A stretch of DNA of 64,000 bases from Octopus sinensis (taxonomy: Eukaryota). Within the stretch, counting starts at the first letter, position 1. The number at the start of each line of letters is the position of its first letter. Below are positions 10,158 through 22,240 of this stretch, piece by piece. The translations under genes and the position numbers were made by a program. The stretch is from positions 391,142-455,141 of the forward strand of contig NW_021835988.1 of NCBI RefSeq assembly GCF_006345805.1. Reading direction: 5' to 3'. Below the pieces are notes generated by a model. The model was not told the origin of the DNA and did not search any database. It worked only from the letters and a program-made list of their open reading frames with translations.

Positions 10158-12570
10158 CAGTGGTTCTCAACCTGGGGTCCGCGAGATTTTTCTTAAACTT
10201 TATTCAAATGTTTATATTTAATGATAACAATTTTAAGTTAATATATAATAGAATTAAATAATAATTAATAATATCTCTTTTAGATATATTATAAATTAAT
10301 AAATTTTAATATTCAATAATACTGAGGGGGCTAAATAAATTAATATATTTTAATATTCAATAATACTGAAGAGGCTAAATTACTTTAAAGCTGAATGTAA
10401 CGCAAGCAATCCGTTCGGCTGGGTTAATTTAGTTAACTAACAATTGTTTTGTTATTCAAATAAAAAACCTAATAAAGAAAAAAAAATGTAACTCAATTAT
10501 TTATAAAATCGTATATATATATTTTTTAGTAAAAGTTAATAAAATTTTTAAGCATTCTATTGATATGAATTCCTCGAATGTTATTAAGATACGCAAATAT
10601 AATCCTGATTATATAAAATATGGGTTTATTTGTATTGATAAAGATGGATTTGAAAGCCCAAAATGTGTTGTGTGCATGAAAATTCTGTCACACAATAGCA
10701 TGAAACCAACAACTCTTGTGAGACACTTGCGCACATGTCATCCCCATCTAATCCACAAAAATAAAGATTATTTTATTTCTTTGCGTAAAACGATGAAAAA
10801 TCAAGTATTGACTCGTTTGATACAAACTTTGCCTTCTGATAATTCGATGCTATTAGCATCTTACATGATTTCATTACGTATAGCGAAAAAAAAGAAACCT
10901 CATAATATTGCCGAAAAACTGATTCTTCCTTGTAGTAAAGACATAGTACGTACTCTTATTGCACTCATGCTGAAAATATGATTTCGAAAATACCATTATC
11001 GAATGATACTGTTCATCGACGAATTTCTGAAATGTCAGAAAATATTAAGTGTCAGGTTATTGATATTATATTATTTATTTTAACAGGTGGTAAAACAAAT
11101 AAAAACTTCATGCCATCAAAATTTCGCTATACAAGTTGATGAATCCACCGATGTAGCGAACTGTGCTCAATTAATAATATTTGCTCGTTATGTATATGAC
11201 GAAGATTTTAAAGAGGAATTTTTATTTTCCTATTCGCTTGAATCGACCACTAAAGGAGAGGATATTTTTCAAGCAATTTCTATGTTTTTTGACAGTGTTG
11301 GGTTATCTTGGAATAATGTATGTTGTTGCACAACCGATGGAGCTCCAGCAATGCTTGGCTTTCATTCTGGCTTTAGAGGCCAAGTTAGACTTGCTAACCA
11401 GGAAACGAAACATATGCATTGTATGCTACATCGATATGCACTTGCTGCAAAAACATTACCTTCAGATTTAAGATATGTTCTCGATGATGTCGTACATATC
11501 ATAAATTATATTAAAAAGAGTGGTTTAAATTCGCGGATTTTCAGACTTATCTGCGAAGAATTTGAAAAGAATGGAAAGGCTTTGTTATTCCACACTGAGG
11601 TGAGATGGCTATCTCGGGGAAACATTCTTGCCAGAGTTTTTTCTTTGAGGAATGAATTATCTGAATATTTTATTCGCGAAAACAATTCCAAATCATCGGA
11701 ATTTATTTCGAAATTAATGGATAGTTCATGGCTATCTAAACTTGCTTACTTGAGAGATGTCTTCTCTCGTATAAATTCACTCAACAAATCGCTTCAGGGA
11801 AGACGTGAAACAATAATTGATTTTTGGATAAAATTAACTTTGGTAACTGTTTCATATTAATTATTAGTGCTTGTTTGATGAAGTTAACACTGTGGAAAGA
11901 AAAAGTAAAACTAAATAATTTTACTATGTTTGAATCTTTTGAAGAACAATCTGTAAATATAGATGCATTTGAAATCAAAAAAATAACCGAACTTATTTAT
12001 GCACATTTAACATATCTTCAACAAGAAGTAAATAAATACTTTCCAGAATTGAACGAAATTGATTTGAAATTCATTCGTACACCATTCAGTGTTGATCCAC
12101 ATTTGGTCGATGAAAATATCAAAGAGGCTTTTATTGACATGATCAATAATTCAAACGCAAAAGATTTGTATGAAAAACTTGCTTTATCAAGATTTTGGTG
12201 CGAAATGTGTCAGCATTATCCTTCCGTAAGCGCAAATGCATTAAATTTGTTGCTTATATTCCCGACAACATATTTATGCGAACATGGCTTCTCAGCACTT
12301 CTCAATATAAAAAATAATCATCGCGCAAGACTGAATATTGAGGATGACATCAAGATTTGCTTGTCGACAACCGAGCCTCTTATTGAAAAAATTGCCTCGA
12401 AAGAACAATATCAACCTTCTCACTAATTTTCTCTATTGATTTAATAGTAAATTTTGTTTTTAGATAAGTAAAATTTTTTTGACAAAAAACTTAATAAATA
12501 TGTAGGGGGTCCGCGAAATTTTTCATTTACTCACAAAGGGTCCGCGGACAAAAAAGGTTGAGAACCACTG
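10158..12570 (+). mobile_element. Full-length hAT/Buster transposon; ZBED8/SCAND3-like transposase 10565-12426 with a tiny intron and frameshifts
   Basis: Perfect 16-bp TIR cagtggttctcaacct; BED finger (PKCVVC..RHLRTCH), DESTD, TDGAPAM, HCMLHR, TEVRWLSRG, TTYLCEHGFS; intron 11056-11086. Confidence 0.95.
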
Positions 12571-12960
12571 TACTAGAGGATGGCACGTTGCCCCGGATGT
12601 CAGTATGCATGTTGTTGATGATCCTATCCGTGGGGACCTTATCGAGTTGGTTGATGTAGATTATTATGTCGACTTGCCAACACTCTGTTGTAATCTAAGA
12701 CGGCTAATCCAAAGTTGACCGGGGGAGTCTTGCCCGAAGGTGAGGGTTTCTACTTCTTTGATGAGTCGAGCCACCTTGTAACAAAAATCAATGGTTGCTC
12801 AACATACCGTCATCGAATTTATGACTTCTCACATGACTATTTTGTCGTTAAGAATACGAAAGGGTGGTTTAATTGGATCCTCTCTTGGTTCGTCAACATT
12901 TATACGGTCGTCCGTATAGATGTAGTTAACAATGATGATTACCACCAAGTAGTTTTTCTT
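12571..12960 (+). other. Endogenous noda-like RNA virus fragment (protein A methyltransferase/guanylyltransferase domain)
   Basis: TRGWHVAPDV...DDPIRGDLIELVDVDYYVDLP, then after a frameshift TANPKLTGG...KINGCSTYRHRIYDFSHDY; DVDYYVD and Y-x-H-x-x-[WY]-D are noda capping-domain motifs as recalled. Confidence 0.75.
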
Positions 12961-13201
12961 AAAAAAAAGAAAAAATAAATAAAAACAAAAATATAAAGAT
13001 AAAAAAATTACAAATTTAAAAAAGTTTAAAAAAAAACAAATAAAAATTAAAAAAGAAATTACAAATTTTGAAAAATTAAAAACACCAAAAAAACAAAAAT
13101 AATTCAATAAATAAATTTAAAAAATAAAACAAAAAAATTTTGATGAAACAGGCCCTCCGCAGGAGCTAGGTCGCGGTGAGCGAAGCGAGCTGCCGAGCTA
13201 G
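12961..13201 (+). mobile_element. Helitron 3' terminal fragment
   Basis: 13139-13201 is the reverse complement of 40656-40718; ends CTAG followed by T; A-rich tract upstream. Confidence 0.85.
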
Positions 13202-13392
13202 TTTAAAATAAACCATTTTTGAACAAAAAAACATTGAAAAAAAATTTGGAAATAACGAAAAGATTTCTAACCATATTTGAGGATGAATTAAAAAGTACAA
13301 TTTTTCGGATGAATGCGTTTTTCACGTGATTCCAAACAAAACAAGAAAAATAGTTGATAGGAAAAGCGGTGAACAATTTAAGTCAAAAAATA

Positions 13393-13892
13393 TTTCATCT
13401 GTCTTACGCCTCCCCCAGCAGTCTCTTGTTTGCCGACAATGTTATTATGTCCGAAACTGGTATTCAACAAGGCGACCCTCTTGGGCCTCTTTTATTCTCA
13501 CTCGGTGCTGATCACATTGCCCGTCAATTGTCCTCTGAGGTCAACATTTGGTACCTCGATGATGTTACTCTTGGTGGGGCTTTGGAGATCGTCAAGAATG
13601 ATGTAGAAAAAATTATTTCTGGTTTTGCTTCCATTGGACTCGCTTTGAATGGATCCAATTCTGAGCTGATATGTTTGTCTGCGAGCCCTTCAGAATTCAA
13701 ACTTATTTTTTCCACCTTATCTCACCATATTGAAGACCTGTGCATCACCCAGCTTGATGACCTTATCATTCTGGGTTCTCCAATCAATAGCAAGTCTACT
13801 AGGAAGGCTTTATGTAACAGGCTCGAAGAATTGGAAACTCTATTCTCCCGCATTTCCAAACTTGAATCCCATTTAGGCCTTTTCTTGCTCAA
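13393..13892 (+). mobile_element. CRE-like RT fragment (second family)
   Basis: GIQQGDPLGPLLFSL...NIWYLDDVTLGG. Confidence 0.9.
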
Positions 13893-14156
13893 GATGCATT
13901 AAAACTCCTGATGAATTAAAGAACATTATGAACTATATTGAATATGTCGCGAGCGCGACGCGCACGCGAGCCGCACATATCGACTTTTTTAAAAGCTATT
14001 AAATGGAACAAAAAATATCAAATAACGTTAGTACCATTGAGATAATATTCCAATATATATAATATATAAAATCTATCTAATATAATTTATACGGCGTACC
14101 AGAATCATACAACATTTTTAATACCGTTGCACGCTTAGTTTCGTTTTGTTGTAACA

Positions 14157-15746
14157 ATGTCACAATCGAACCAAAGATGCTTTATTCAAGATCAATTTGA
14201 ATATCAGGAATTAAAGAAAGTCCTGTCTGGGGAGATTCCACAGACAGATGACAGATTCCGGAGACGAAGGCTTATTAAGAAAGCCGAATCTTTTGTGTTT
14301 ATTCAGGGACACCTTTATCTGAAAGATGGAAACATTAACAAATTAGTGATTTCGTTGGACGATACTAAACAAATGAGAATGCTTGCCGAACAGTTACATA
14401 AAATCAATCATTGTGGGCATAACGCATTGGAGAACCTATGCAAAGAACGATTTTTCATAATCAAAAGAGATATCATTCGTGAAGTTGTTTCGAACTGTGA
14501 CGTTTGCCGCTTTTCCACACCCCTTAAACAATCGGATTCTGAATTTCATGTTATTGCAGACAGACCCAACAGAAGATTTCAAATGGACTTAATAGATCTT
14601 AAAAGGCATTCATTTTAATGAAGTTATTTAATAGATTTAAGAATAATAATGACTCATATACGTGGCTATTAACAGTCATTGATGTATATAGCAAATATGC
14701 TATTACACGCAATTTAAAAAACAAATCAGGTGTAGAAGTAGCGAAAAATCTTGAAGAAATTTTTATGGACTACGGACCTTGTGAATTTTTTCAGTCCGAC
14801 AATGGAAAGGAATTTAAAAATTCCCACATTTCGAATCTTTTTGCGGAATATAACGTTAAACAAATCCATGGACGACCTAATCACCCTAAAAGTCAGGGGA
14901 TTATAGGTTTAGTCAGACGATTTCGAGATTTTTAGAACGGTTTAATCAGACAATTTCGAGATCTTTGTCAAAAATGATGTTTGAAGACCAGAACAAAACT
15001 TGGATTAAGCATATCAGGAAAGCGGTTTATGTGTATAATCTGACAAAACATTCTTCGACAGGTGCTATAAATAAAAACTATAATATAGATGAAACACCAT
15101 TTATGCGATATCGTGGAATACCTGGTTTTAATCCAATTGTCTATGATGCACAAGTTGATGACAACAGAGACGATAGTTTAATTCAAAAAAAATTTTTTTA
15201 GATTTTATAACTACTAATGATGAACCAGAAGTCGGCACAATGATTTTAAAAACGCATTCTTCGACAGGTGCTATAAATAAAAACTATAATATAGATGTGC
15301 GATATCATGGAATATTTGGTTTTAATCCGGTTGTCCATGATGCTCAAGTTGATGACAACGAAGACGATAGTTTGATTCAAGATAGAAAATATTTTTAGAT
15401 GTTGTAACTACTAATGAAGAGCCAGAAAAATCATTCGATTTTAATTTTGTTCCGGTTAATTTGGACTCGCGTTATTTCAAACGAATGAACAAAAGAATGG
15501 GTGTTCATCGTTCTAAGTACGATTTGAAAGCAGGAGATACTGTATACGTTATTTTTTGTTATTTCAAAGGCAAGAATTCAAAAAGATTATGGGACAAATC
15601 CATCTCTCAGATTAGAAAAATTTGAGAGCCCATATTCTTCACCTGTAAAAATCATTGAAAAGTTATCTAATAATTTTGTCATGATATGCACCAGGGAAGG
15701 AATGCATAAAAAGATACACTCAAAAAGACTTAAAAAGATTATATGA
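14157..15746 (+). CDS. Ginger-like (gypsy-type DDE integrase) transposase gene split by at least 5 tiny introns, with an internal ~200-bp tandem duplication
   Basis: H..NHCG..CDVC; FQMDLIDL|RF..WLLTVIDVYSKY; FQSDNGKEF; PKSQGII|ERFNQTI; introns 14606-14634 (GC-AG), 14907-14935, 15062-15088 and others; GC-rich TGT-starting end at 13945. Confidence 0.85.
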
Positions 15747-15773
15747 TTTTTTTGTTGGCTAAAAATTTTTTTG

Positions 15774-16420
15774 CAAGATGCATTAAAACTCCTGATGAAT
15801 TAAAGAACATTATGAACTATATTGAATATAATCAGTATCCTGATGACTTCACTGAAAATCGAAAGCGGACGTTACGCAGAAGATGTAAGAATCTACAACT
15901 AGTAAATGGAGAATTATTTTTTGCACATAATGGAAATTTCCGTACTGTTGTCTGCTCTTTTCAAGAAGCTAGAATTAACTCAATTTTAACTAAAGAACAC
16001 TCTATCGGACATCCAGGTGTTACCAAAATGTGCCATTTAATTTCCCAAAAATATATTGGTATCAGTCAAAAAGTTATTCGCCATTTTATATCGACTTGTG
16101 AATCCTGCAATCATTTCAACAGCCTAAAGACATGTGAAGATATTCGAATGATCACCGTCTCCCGTAAATTCGAAAGATTTATGGCGGATTGTGTTGATCT
16201 TAGGAGATATTCTGATCACAATAATGAATATAAATGGATTCTTAATGTGATCGATTGCTATTCAAAATTTGCATGGTCATTTCCTCTCATAAATAAGACA
16301 TCACAAAATATAAGAAATTCATTTAAAGATTAGTTTTACTCAGTTGGGCCATCAGAAAGTCTACACACAGATAATGGAAAAGAGTTTTGCAACTCACAAG
16401 TGTCAACATTATTACGTGAT
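15774..16420 (+). mobile_element. Second Ginger-like integrase, 3'-truncated with an in-frame stop
   Basis: HSIGHPG..CESC; FMADCVDL; VIDCYSKF; then LHTDNGKEFCN after the stop at 16331-16333. Confidence 0.85.
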
Positions 16421-16492
16421 TGGGTAATAAAGGCAATCTCGCCACGATTTGGTCGGTCCCAAAAAATGGCGAGATTTAGAGATTTGACTGTA

Positions 16493-16901
16493 ACCAAAAA
16501 TGCCCAATTTGAAACGTTTGAGTGTATTAAAAAAATGAGAATAGTAGAAAAGAATCAAAATAGTAAAAAAATCAAAATAAACAATAAAATACTAGAAAGA
16601 AATAAATTTAAAAAAATCTGTATGAATGCATATTAATCAATTGATAAAATGAATACAAATTCACTTGCAAAATATACTTTATGCAATATATTTTACCAGT
16701 AATCAATTTAATTAATACTCAAATAAATAAAAAAACAAAAAATTATAAAATTAAAACATAAAAGCACGAAAAAATAAAATAAGAATTAACTGCATACATG
16801 CACAACAAAATAAAATAATATAACGTGCGTAATAATTTATTGTAGTTAATTCAATAAATTAAAAACATTTAAAAAATAAAATAAATAACATTTAATATCA
16901 T
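16493..16901 (+). repeat. Dispersed AT-rich repeat, copy 3
   Basis: Includes the upstream ccaatttga..ttgagtgtattaaaaaa segment shared with copy 1. Confidence 0.9.
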
Positions 16902-17096
16902 CAATTTTTATTATTTCAGCTCGTCAATTGTAAGGGCAAAAAGAAATTCTTCAACAAGGATCCTTTTCTGTAAACCTACCACTAAAATACGATTTTGTCT
17001 TCAAAAAACAAGTTCGTTGAGCCATAGGAAAATGCCGGAATTTCCACATCCTTAGATACAAAATTGATGTCGTCAGCCCAAAATGATTATTTAAGT

Positions 17097-17604
17097 CAGG
17101 GTTTCTCAACATTTTTAGCTCAAGGGCCAAATCGATAATTAAGATTAGCTTCGCGGGCCGCACAAAAAATATTTTATATATTTTTATATTTTCCATTTTA
17201 CTAAATATTGATTCGCATAAAAATGTAGATTTATATATGCATTGTGTGTTATATTTTTGAATTTGTCATGAGGAATTAATTCGTAAAAATTAATAATGGA
17301 CGCATTTTTGAACAATGCCGCCAGTTCTATATCATGTTGTAAATTAATGAGTTCTAGTTGAAACTTAGCAGGCGCATCCTTAATTTCCACGCTGAATGGA
17401 GTTGCGAATATTTTCATTAAAGGAAGGAATTCTTTAAAATTCTAAAAATTAAATTTATATAAATGTACCCCAAAACGTGCTTCAAATTGATTAATTAAAT
17501 CACTAATTATGGATATGTTTAACCTTAAGAATGAATAATTAAATTTAAACATTATTAAAAAATTAAAAAAGTTACTCTAGAGGGGCCGCATTTGAGAACC
17601 GCTG
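17097..17604 (-). mobile_element. 508-bp non-autonomous hAT (GTF2IRD2/SPIN-like deletion derivative)
   Basis: TIRs cagggtttctcaac / tttgagaaccgctg; perfect 8-bp TSD atttaagt; remnant QFEARFG|NFKEF..ATPFSVEI..LELINLQ with a 27-nt intron 17442-17468. Confidence 0.92.
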
Positions 17605-18176
17605 ATTTAAGTGATGCAATTCTTTTCTAAAGTTCTTGACGCGGCTTTTAAATAGATTGCAAGGAGAACTGTTGAAAGAGAGTTTTCTTAAGGAGTATTA
17701 ATCCTGGTGGAAAATTTATCCGAATAGTGTCTCCTCATTTCCACTACGAGACTCGTATCAGCTAGCAGAAAACGCACAATTCTCAAAGAGTTTTGTACTT
17801 CTGAAATATGGCCGTTAGCCACCGATAACTCCATACTATACTATGTCAGCGGTTGATCATATTTGTGGATAATAGTAAATTTTATTTAAAAATCACAATA
17901 GCACTTAAATGACAAAAGGGAGAAGAGCGGCATAATTGGGGCCGAGTGGAAAAGGATTCTTCTGGTCATTGAAAAGCTGAAAAAAACTAATGACAACCAG
18001 GAAACCAGCATCTTGAGAGGTAACTCGTTTGCTATTTGCAGTGCGGCCAATGGAGAATCCTAACTTCCTAATATGTATTCACTCCCAAATAATTTACTGT
18101 CAAAAAAACAAAAACGGGTTAAACGTAGATAACAAAGGTAAGAATTTTAAGCAGTTTCAATCAATAGAAGAAAAAA

Positions 18177-18247
18177 TGCGCCTGCCGGGAATCGAACCCG
18201 GGTCGCTCGCATGGCAAGCGAACATGATACCTCTACACCACAGGCGC
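18177..18247 (-). tRNA. tRNA-Gly (GCC)
   Basis: GCGCCTG/CAGGCGC acceptor stem, anticodon loop TTGCCAT, GGTTCGATTCC T-arm; followed by a T6 Pol III terminator. Confidence 0.97.
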
Positions 18248-18914
18248 TGTTTGGATAAATCGTCGGTTGTTTGGTATTTTACGATCTTGATCATTCTTAA
18301 CTATGCTCAGCTTTCCAAACTTTAAAGGATTATTCAATTTTAGTTTTGATGCAGTGGTTAAAAAATATTTTGCAAAAATCAAGAATTAAGAAAAGTCTTT
18401 AAAAAATCTTTTTCTATTATTTAAATAATACCACTTTTCACAACTCTTATAAATATTTAAATTTCATTTTGTCTTATTTACTACAAATATAACGCTGATA
18501 ATTCATAGACTATTATAGCGTCATAAAATTCTTTACATTTTGTTATTCGAATTATTTAATAAATTATACTTTCAATCTCATAAAATGTAAAAAAAACATT
18601 TCATTTCTGAAAGTTATTGGAGTCATTTGTAGACGAGAAAGTTTCGTGAAGAACATACTATAATAAATTGTTGAGGCAAAATAAATAAAAAAAAGAAATG
18701 ATTTGGCCCCTTTTGAACATAAACTGAAATTTAGTTCCCACTTAAAATTAAAACAATCAGCTTGTATTGCTAAAGTCAAAGTTTTTTTGACAAAGAAAAC
18801 TCACAAAAGAAATGAGTTGGGCAACGCAAAACGTGAGAATGATAAAATATTGTATTGTGAAATTAAAACCCGAAGGTTGGGGAAATTAAAGGCCATACTG
18901 CTGATCTTTTTCTA

Positions 18915-19300
18915 GACAACGAAAATATCTTATTCACAAAGAACATTAAAAGTACCGATTGGACTAATCAAATCGATATTTGGCGGACTAAAGAAACCGT
19001 TTCCGGCTCTTGGCACTCTCTACAAACAATTTATCGTACCAACAATTGGCTATGCCTTCGCCGCATGGGGTATTAATCTGTCATGGTCTAACCGCCTTAA
19101 AATTGAGACTACACTATGTCGAGCCGCGGCTAGCATAACGCAAATTTCCAATTTGAACAACATTATTCCAAGTCCCCTTGATCACCTAATTAAGAAAGAT
19201 GGAAAAGGCTTCTTAGCCATCCAACAGGACCACACGTCAAAAGACCAAGACCTTAGCAACCAGAAGCACATCACCCCGATTCGATTCCTCACAAAAACTG
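18915..19300 (+). mobile_element. I/Jockey-like LINE 3' fragment
   Basis: LYKQFIVPTIGYAFAAWG...KDGKGFL...ITPIRFL parallels the C-terminus of the 33492 ORF. Confidence 0.7.
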
Positions 19301-20173
19301 CTCCCCACCCGACAAATTGAATAATGCAGATGACATTTGAAGTTTGTAATTGACTAATTGAATTATGCAGATTTCATTTGAAGTTTATAATTAACAAATT
19401 GATTTGAAATGGTATAGATGACCATCTACCATCACTCCTTCATCCTCTGTTTCCAGATCATTTAGGGTTTTTTTCTTCATTTTCAATATTTTCTTTACAA
19501 GAATGGCTTGGTTTATTATGAGGCTACCGGATGAATTAATCTCTTTTCAGTGATTTAAATTATATGCTTGAGCCAGATTATCATAGTAGCTATTGTTTTC
19601 TTTAACACGAGTGTCTGTATGAAAGTCCAAGTTCCTTCTTCAATAGACAAATTTTCAAATAAAGCGGAGCAAAAAAATCATGGAAAGCTTCCATATTTTG
19701 ATTAGATTAATAATAATCTTCTAAAATAATATTAAATGTCATCGTCTGACCCGCCATTTGCCAGACCACATTTCCAATTTCATAATTTTTCCCAAAAAAC
19801 TACATTTTTTTAAGTCCGAAGTTATTCAATGAAAATTTACAATTTTGTTAAAATTACAGCTAATCAATCACTTCAAAGAAAACTAGTCATAAAAAAATAC
19901 TCTAATTATTTTGGTGTTGTGGATTATTTTCAGTTCACTGGCAGGAAGTTTTACTTATGGACCTTTTCCACCTCAACTTGCTTCAGGTCTTTTTGAGAGG
20001 TGATCCCAATTTAAGCATGATTTGTTTCTCATTTTATTGAGTACAAAGTTGTTCTGACTTTCGTATCCTTTTATTAATTTTGTTTTCGAAAATAAAAAAT
20101 ATATATTTTATAAAATTATTTAAATTGTAATTGACTTTCTGTAGCTACTAATGTGCATGTTTAGTTGATAAAA

Positions 20174-22106
20174 ATGGATTTAATTGAAGGAGCAAAATTT
20201 TACATAGATTTAATGCTTGAAGACGCCGGTCCCGGAATGAAGGCAATGCTATTCGATGCCAATACAGTAACAATATAAAACATAATTAAATTAGGCAAAA
20301 ATAGTAAGCTACATATATTCCCCAACGGAACTATTATACAAACAAGTATTTTTATTCGACCAATTAAAAAACCAAACTTGCGAGTCTCTATCTTTCGTAG
20401 TGGCCATAATTTTTGTGCAGCCGACCAATTCCAATTATAATTTAATCCTCAAAGAACTGTCAACCCCCCGATTTACACATTATGCAATATGTCCCCAATA
20501 TTTAAATATTTTAGATTTCTCAAGTTACTGTCCAACTGACTTTATCGAAGGGATTGCCATGGCAGATAACGACGAGAGAGTCCTGGCCCTCAGAGTATTC
20601 TTATCTGGGTTACTCCCTTAAGGAAATTTGCTTAGACTACTATGCCCATGGTCCTTGTCTCTTTACATTCAACATTGAGACATGTCATACGGTTGTAATT
20701 TAATTAATATTTAAAAATAGAATAATGGAGGTTGGAAAGGTGATTCATTTGAGCTTGTTTGTGGGGGATTAATGTCAGTGATCAATTCGTTGGGGCAAAA
20801 CCCCGAGATCCGTCATCAAGGCTCGTCCCCTCATTGTGCCAAAATATGCTATGAACTAAAAAATATGTTGGACATGCAGAACGAATCTTCTAAGGACTAT
20901 GATTCGCTGCTAGTCATAGTAGATCGGAATATAGACCCAGTGATCCCTGTCATCAATTCGGTCTCTTTAACCGAGTTCACTAGCATAGTGGACTTATGAG
21001 GCTATGATACACGAATTGGTAGGAATACACGACAATACGGTAAAATTGACACCGAAAGGCTCAAAGCAGATTGTAATAACATTAAATTCGGCGAATACAT
21101 TTTTTAAACAGGTTTTCTGGACGATATTGAACCACGTGTATAGAATCGGTTGCTTTTTTACGATGAAATTGTGTCCAACGTGTCCAGTTGTATAGAAAAG
21201 ATCAAAGGATTTAGCCAAGGCTTAACGGGGACTGAGTCATTGTCATATATGAAGGTTTTTTGGTTCAGCATGTTCAGGGATTTGTGGAAAAGTACACCAA
21301 ACAGAGGAAGTGGGTGGAAATGGTGACACAACACTCCGACCTTGTAGGCGAACTAACGAGAATAGCCACAGAAAACAGTCTGTTCGAGACTTCGCTTCTG
21401 GAACAGGACATTATTGCATCAAAATTAGATTTCTCTCAAGTTATGCAAGTATTTTTAGTTTTTTTACAATTTCTATGGCAGAAAGTTGGCAATTTGTTTG
21501 CCGATTGCCCGAATGTGACTGCCTTGGACACAATTCGACTGTCCTTGTTGTGTTTGATTAGATTTCCTGAGGCTGCCAACTATAAACTTGACATATTCAA
21601 CAAACATTTGCTCAAGCTGAACGTCTCTCCTCAAATGTATCAAATTCCGCAGTCATTTCAACGTTTTTTGAGCAAAAAGTCGAGTAATCGGACTGATGGG
21701 ACTATTTTGCGGTGGAGGGAGGCTTTGAAGAAGGCCTCCAAGTCTTATCAAAGTGACCCTGTCAATTTGTACCGACGCTACCGACCATATTTGGCTACCC
21801 TGCTTTCCGAGATTGCCGAAAACAGTCTATCACTAACTGACTTTCCAAGCTCTTTGCAATATAACCCGTTTTTTGGAAAGGATGTGAAGAAGGGAGCCCA
21901 AACTAAAGGGGGTTACTCAAAAGTTGTCGTATTTATTGTTGGAGGAGTCACCTATGCTGAGGCTGGAGTCCTGGAATCAGAAAATTGGCCTTTTCAGGTT
22001 ATTTTGGGAGGAACTCGAATTCACAATTTTGACACGTGAGTTGAGGGGTGTTATTTTATTTAGTTATTCCAAGGAGATAGTCAACATTCTTAGTTCGTCT
22101 GGATGA
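20174..22106 (+). CDS. VPS45: Vacuolar protein sorting 45 (Sec1/Munc18 family), 9 tiny GT-AG introns
   Basis: Spliced MDLIEGAKFYIDLMLEDAGPGMKAMLFDANT|AKIVS...DRNIDPVIP..|WTYEAMIHEL...VVVFIVGGVTYAEA...LGGTRIHN; introns of ~23-33 nt restore one frame. Confidence 0.93.
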
Positions 22107-22240
22107 TTGAGCTTATTTATTTAATTGATTATTTAATCATTTTTAAAAATATTTTACCACTTAAATTTATTCATGCAAAAATCAACCTTAAAAATATACA
22201 AAAATGAATTGTAATCACTAAATATTTTAAAACAATTATT

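Noticed and set aside
18029-18325. 98-aa ORF
   Set aside because: Overlaps the antisense of tRNA-Gly; spurious
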